A stretch of 64,000 bases of DNA. Source: Bugula neritina. Taxonomy: Eukaryota > Animalia > Bryozoa. Position 1 is the first letter of the stretch. Each line of letters starts with the position of its first letter. The stretch is from the NCBI GenBank assembly GCA_964035545.1, contig OZ037771.1:11474480-11538479 (forward strand), given 5' to 3'. A program made the translations under genes and the position numbers. Shown here one piece after another: positions 58,788 to 64,000 of this stretch. The notes under the pieces are model-generated. The model was given only the letters and a program-made list of their open reading frames with translations, was not told the DNA's origin and made no database searches.

Positions 58788-60308
58788 TTTTATGTATTAC
58801 AATATATAAGCAACACAAAATTTTTAAGATAGGCGCTGCATAAAGTGGGTTTTCAACAATCTACTTGATTTAGCAGCTAATTTTAGAGATCCTGTATGCA
58901 AAGTCTGAACCTGTGACTAAAAGCCTAAATTAGGCACAAAAAAACCTTCCTACAGCACATTTCAAACTGTAAATACACAGAGGCAGTAAAAAAGTTCAAA
59001 ATAGAAAATGTCGCAGTATACTGTAAGTAAAACGTGAATAGTTATATAGAAAAATCCTGAGTTAACTAAAATTAACCCCTAAAATTGGATTTTGTAGTAA
59101 CTGTGGGCTGAAAGCTTTAGTTCAGCAGATGTAAGAAATATTTTGCCCGTTGCTGTCACCAAAGTGTCTCTTAAACTAGCTGAGTAGTGTCGTTGTTACT
59201 CATGTTCGTGTCTATTGAACTATCTACAACCATGTCATATGTTGGAGATTTCTAATTTGTCTCCCCCTTCTCACATTTGCTCTCAACATTCAGCTGTAAC
59301 GCTGGCTGATCTTTCTTACCCAATAGTTTCAGGATACGACTCATCATCACACTTAGCTGCTCGAGAGTTGGGCCGGCAGGTACACCAGCTGACGGACATA
59401 TCAGGTGACTGCTATTTGGTACTGGCATCAGCCTAGTTTTCAATGTTTGTATCAGTTTTTGCTTTGAGTCAACTTGAAGCACTTTTAATTTCTACAAATA
59501 AAATACTAGTTCTGATCTAATGGGTTTTCTTTTTGACCTTGTTTCAGTTTCTTGCTTACAGGCCTGGTCCAGCAGTTTTTCTACTTGCTTGCAAGAACAA
59601 ATTTTCATCTAAAAGTGCCACCTAAACAGCTGTGTTTTTCTTATCCTGTGAATAAAAGAGTGTTTCCATTTCTAGCACATTAGCTCCTTCATGTTAGTGT
59701 GATAAATGGCAGTGATGAGTCGGGTGCTGTGGTTTTTTGGTGCACCATCAATTTCACTGTTTTGGTGAATAACTCACAGCAGTAACTCACAATGTATTCA
59801 AATTTATTATAATTATATGTTTTGTTACAGTTGTTTGGAATATTCAGCTTTTATATTCTTTTTGTAGGATAATTTGAATTTTCACGCAATTTTGGGTGTA
59901 GAAAACCATCATTGAATCCATGTTTGTTTAAAAACAGCGAATAAGAGATATGTAAAAGAATAAATACAATATGATGTGACATAATTCAGATTATATTAAA
60001 TTTCTTTCTTAAACTTTGGTGATTGTTGCAACTTAGCATCTATTACTTTCTTAGCTTCTCTTCTTTTCTTGTCTTGGCGTAGCATGATGGACTGGTGATT
60101 GTGTTGCGTGGTGAGATGATAACATCTAATCAGAAGGATTCATAAGCATTTGCTTTGTCAACAACGTGTTTATGAATAGCATCATCATGTCATTCACACG
60201 TGTTTATTCTCAAGGTAGCCTGATATTTCGTTGTGAATTGTAGTGTGGGTAGCTAAACCCCCAGTATGCTATGATAAAGACACGACAGACCCAGAGCTAC
60301 ACCTGGAC

Positions 60309-60346
60309 TATATAATACCGGCATTGTCTGGCATCAGGTCACTTTA
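60309..60346 (+). promoter_or_regulatory. TATA box plus Initiator of EF-hand gene 2
   Basis: TATATAA at 60309 and TCACTT at 60339. Confidence 0.7.
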
Positions 60347-60390
60347 ATAATACTACTTCAACAGTTTGGATCTTCAGCTCAACTCTGAGA

Positions 60391-63300
60391 ATGAAGTTTC
60401 TGGTATTTGCTGCCGCTGTGGTTGCTGCTGCCTTGTAAGTATAAATATATTTTACCAGGTGTAAGTATAAATGTATTTCATCAGGTGTAAGTATATATGT
60501 TTCATCAATTTTAACTATATATTTTTCATCAATTTTAGTATATATTTTTCCGGTGTGAATATATATTTTTAGATTTAGGTATATATTTATAAGCATACAT
60601 CTATAACATAAACTGTTGAAGATTTGTCAAAGAACAAGTTGTTACTGTACATAATATTTTCTATGTTTCATTCAATTCACAGGTCAGCTGACCCAACAAC
60701 TGTACCTCCTACTTTCAACCCAAACGTAGCCTTTGACCAGTTAGATGCCAATAAAGATGGAAAAATTGAGAAAGTAGAGTATGACTCTACATTTGCATCA
60801 TATGACGCCAACAGTATGTATCTGTATCATCACTATTTTATCTTATTACCATGTACACTCATTGTGAGTAGATCTGCTCTGTCACCAGCAAATATCAACA
60901 CCCTCAGGCCTAGTAGCAACACCCTCAGGTCTAGCAGTTACACCCTCAGGTCTAGTAGTTACACCCTCAGGCCTAGCACTTACACCCTCAGGTCTAATAG
61001 CTACCTGTCAATCTTACCCTTTCCTGTCATCAAAACTCTATTGTTATTAATGCACTTTATAAAAAGCAAACTAGTGTAATACTATTGTATTGCACTATTG
61101 TATTATACTGTATTCACACTCATCAAAAGATATTTGTCATGATTGCAATAGCTGGGTAAATGCTATATATGTATGTTTCTCAATGTGTTCAAATTGTTTC
61201 AGCTATTGTAATTTTTTAGATGATATGTTGATAAATGCATCTGAGTTTGCTGTCAATTTTGTCAAAACTGGAATGTCCGGTGAAGGATCTGTCTACGTAT
61301 TCTACAAGCTGGACCAAAACGACAATCAGCAAGTTGACAGTGCTGAAATAGATATGTCGTTTGCTTCCTTCGACCTTGGTGAGTAGCTGGGTGTAATAAT
61401 TGATACATAACTAATACATAGCTGACACATAGCTGACACATAACTAATACGTAGCTGACACATAACTAATACGTAGCTGATACATAACTAATGTGTAGTT
61501 GACACATAACTGATCTATAGCTAATATCTATATCTTTTCTCACAGGCATAGTATTAATGTTATTATTGTTGTTGCATAGTGTTAATATTATTATTGTATG
61601 ATGTTAATATTATTGTACAATAATGATATTATATAAAAATATTATTGTATGAAGATATTATTTTAGAGTAGCTAATTATTATGTTATTTTACTTGAGAAA
61701 TTTATAAATTGCTCTATCTTCTAATAAGTATCAATTACTTTGCTGTTTGTTTTATAATTAAGATGATAAAATTATAACATTCTGTTTGCAATGTTGAGAT
61801 CTGAGCTATGGAAAGGCATATGGCACCTGAAGGTTGCCGTACCTACTTTTCAAGCCCTTAAATATGCGGCACAGTAAGAAAGGTGTGCCCCCCACCCCCC
61901 ACTGCACCAAAAAATCTTCTGTGTCAACCACTTTTACTGTTGCTATGGCTTCTATGCTTCTGCAATGTTTTATTATGTATTACTCAAGTGGAAACACATA
62001 TAGCTAAATTAAACCATCACCAAATAGAGGCTATAACAATCCTACCATTACTACTTCTATGCAGTTTTTATGACGTTTCACTACGACAATATGAATATCA
62101 CATTTTATTCCTAGATAAAAGCATGACCATAGAAGCTGCTGAATTCAATTATGTTTTCAAGAGCATCATTTATGAATTGAGTATTGCCAAAGCTGTGGGA
62201 ACTAAACTGGATGTGCTGTTTGCTGCTGCTGACACAGATGGCAGCAACTCTCTCAATGCAGTAGAATTCTCATCTTTACTGGCACCTGCTAACACTGATG
62301 GTAGGTGCTCCGTGACATGATTCAAACAATAAGGGCATTCCCTCATACCTCCCAACCATTTGCTTGTTGAACTAGTAGGATTCTGAGCTATTACATAAAA
62401 TATTATTTGCAAAAGTTGTTCTGATGATAGCAGTATGCAGGTGTGGAAAAAGTCTGAAAATTGATAAACAGGTTCTTGGGCAAAACACTATTTTAGCTCT
62501 AGTAACATTTGGGTTGTACACACAGCTTGTTGTGTTCATAGTTTGTGCATGAGTTCTCCTTGGTCAGTGTAATGATAGCTATTACTTTCCTATTTTTTAT
62601 TGGTCAATTTCATAATGGTTACCACTTCTATTAGTACAGCTAGTACAGCCAAATTAACAACCATTACTGTTTCATTAGTACTACTAGTATTGTCACGTTG
62701 ATAACAGTTACTATAACTTTCTTGTCTGGATTTAGGAGATGATGTGACTAGTTTCAATGAATTCAAAGTTTATTGGATGGCAAACACAGATGAGCCAGAG
62801 AATAGGACCAGAGCTCTCTTCAATCAGTTCGACTTCAACAAGGACGGTTTTATTGGTGGAGCTCAGGAAGAGGCTTTATTATTCCAAGCATTTGATAATT
62901 CTAAAAGTAAATAAGTTTCATATATTCTCTGCTACTAGTATATGCAAGGTGCTGCCTGTGTGTGGTTTCTCTTTATTTATATTTCTTGTAGGAATACTAA
63001 ATCGAAGAGCAAATTAACTAGATTGCATCATCTTGAGTCTAATCATTGCATAGTTACTTACCTATGTTTACTATAAAATAGGTTAGGCTTACCAGGTTTC
63101 AATCGTCCCATTTTGGAGCTGCCCATTTTTAAGTGTGTATTTTTGAAATAACATTTTTGAAAAAAGTCGAAGTTCTCCTCATTCTGATCGTCACATGATT
63201 GCTCCTGTTTCAATGTCTTCTAATAATTGTTTAGTAGTCAGAATGTAGCAATCTTTTCATGCTCTACTTGTTGCTTCATTTTAGTTGACGGAGAAGTAGA

Positions 63301-64000
63301 AAAATCCGAGTTTAATTTCGCCATGCTTTATGTAAGTATGATTTTGTTCAAACTATTTTATTTCATCAAGATTGTGCTTCCCAAACTGTTTTCAAGTTTT
63401 CTGCATTTTAAATCTCTTTCTTGAAGCAGAAATGCATGCCTTGTTCAAAATCTAGCCAAAGCAGAAAATTTTTACTTATTTTTGCTCATGCAATCTTTAT
63501 TCAAAGCTCGTATGAAGTTTGCCTACACTTTAAAAGAACAACTCGCACCTGAAGTTTTTCTGTTAGTTGCTAAAATTTTTAAACAAGCCTAGAAACTTTT
63601 TCACTCACCAACACATATATTCTGCATTGACTGTATTAAGCAGAAAAGCATGCATAATGCTTGTTGGAATTGTTTCATAAACGTGGCTTGAAAACTTTTA
63701 AAACTTTTTATATACCTAATCAGAGAGCCAAACATCTTTTTGAAATTACCTTGCCATACGAGTATAAGCATTGGAGAAGCTAACTTTTAATATAAGGAAG
63801 CAACAGATCTTCATAAATGTTTGTTGCCTATGTTAAGAATTTTCTGCATTCCGAAATTTCAAAAGTATAAGCAAGTTTGCTGACAATGATTCACTAGAAT
63901 ATGGCCGAATCATATACTTGCAGTTTCTTCACAAAGTGATGGATAGTCTGAACAGTTCCCCTTTGGAAGGCCTAAGTGCTACCTTCAATGCTATTGATGT
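60391..64000 (+). CDS. Secreted multi-EF-hand protein, paralog 2 (5' part; continues beyond the window)
   Basis: Exons 60391-60434, 60683-60813, 61220-61378, 62115-62300, 62736-62906, 63285-63331, 63924->64000; same exon plan as paralog 1 (VPPTF, TGMSxEGSxYVFYK, KLDVLF, EPExRTRALF, FLHKV). Confidence 0.9.
60897..61000. repeat. 21-bp tandem repeat x5 (acaccctcaggtctagcagtt)
   Basis: Direct copies in intron 2 of paralog 2. Confidence 0.9.
61400..61525. repeat. 22-bp tandem repeat (gacacataactaatacgtagct)
   Basis: About 5 imperfect copies in intron 3 of paralog 2. Confidence 0.8.

Noticed and set aside
59100-59750. Coding-like minus-strand stretch between the EF-hand paralogs
   Set aside because: Multiple stops and no recognisable motif; probably decayed repeat, cannot be assigned.

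Overview
AT-rich, intron-rich animal (probably invertebrate) genomic DNA. Spliced gene models were built by hand from GT-AG junctions and reading-frame phase. In order: COMMD2 (-, 3' end off-window); a large Ser/Thr/Pro-rich single C2H2 zinc-finger protein (+); an orphan single-pass membrane protein (+); TCTEX1D2/DYNLT2B (-), head-to-head with a THAP + HCF-binding-motif + coiled-coil gene (+); two tandem thymidylate kinase (DTYMK) paralogs (-); an M6/proteolipid gene (+); and two tandem paralogs of a secreted protein with up to 24 EF-hand-like loops (+, the second runs off-window). Introns carry many MITEs (hAT-, CACTA- and PIF/Harbinger-type ends), a tRNA-derived SINE family and intron-specific minisatellites. 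The most striking non-coding elements both lie in introns of the diverged DTYMK copy: a 330-bp miniature LTR retroelement whose LTRs are built around a tRNA-like Pol III unit, and a 260-nt repeat bounded by two hammerhead ribozymes (retrozyme/Penelope-like). Family assignments come from recalled motifs; no searches were run.
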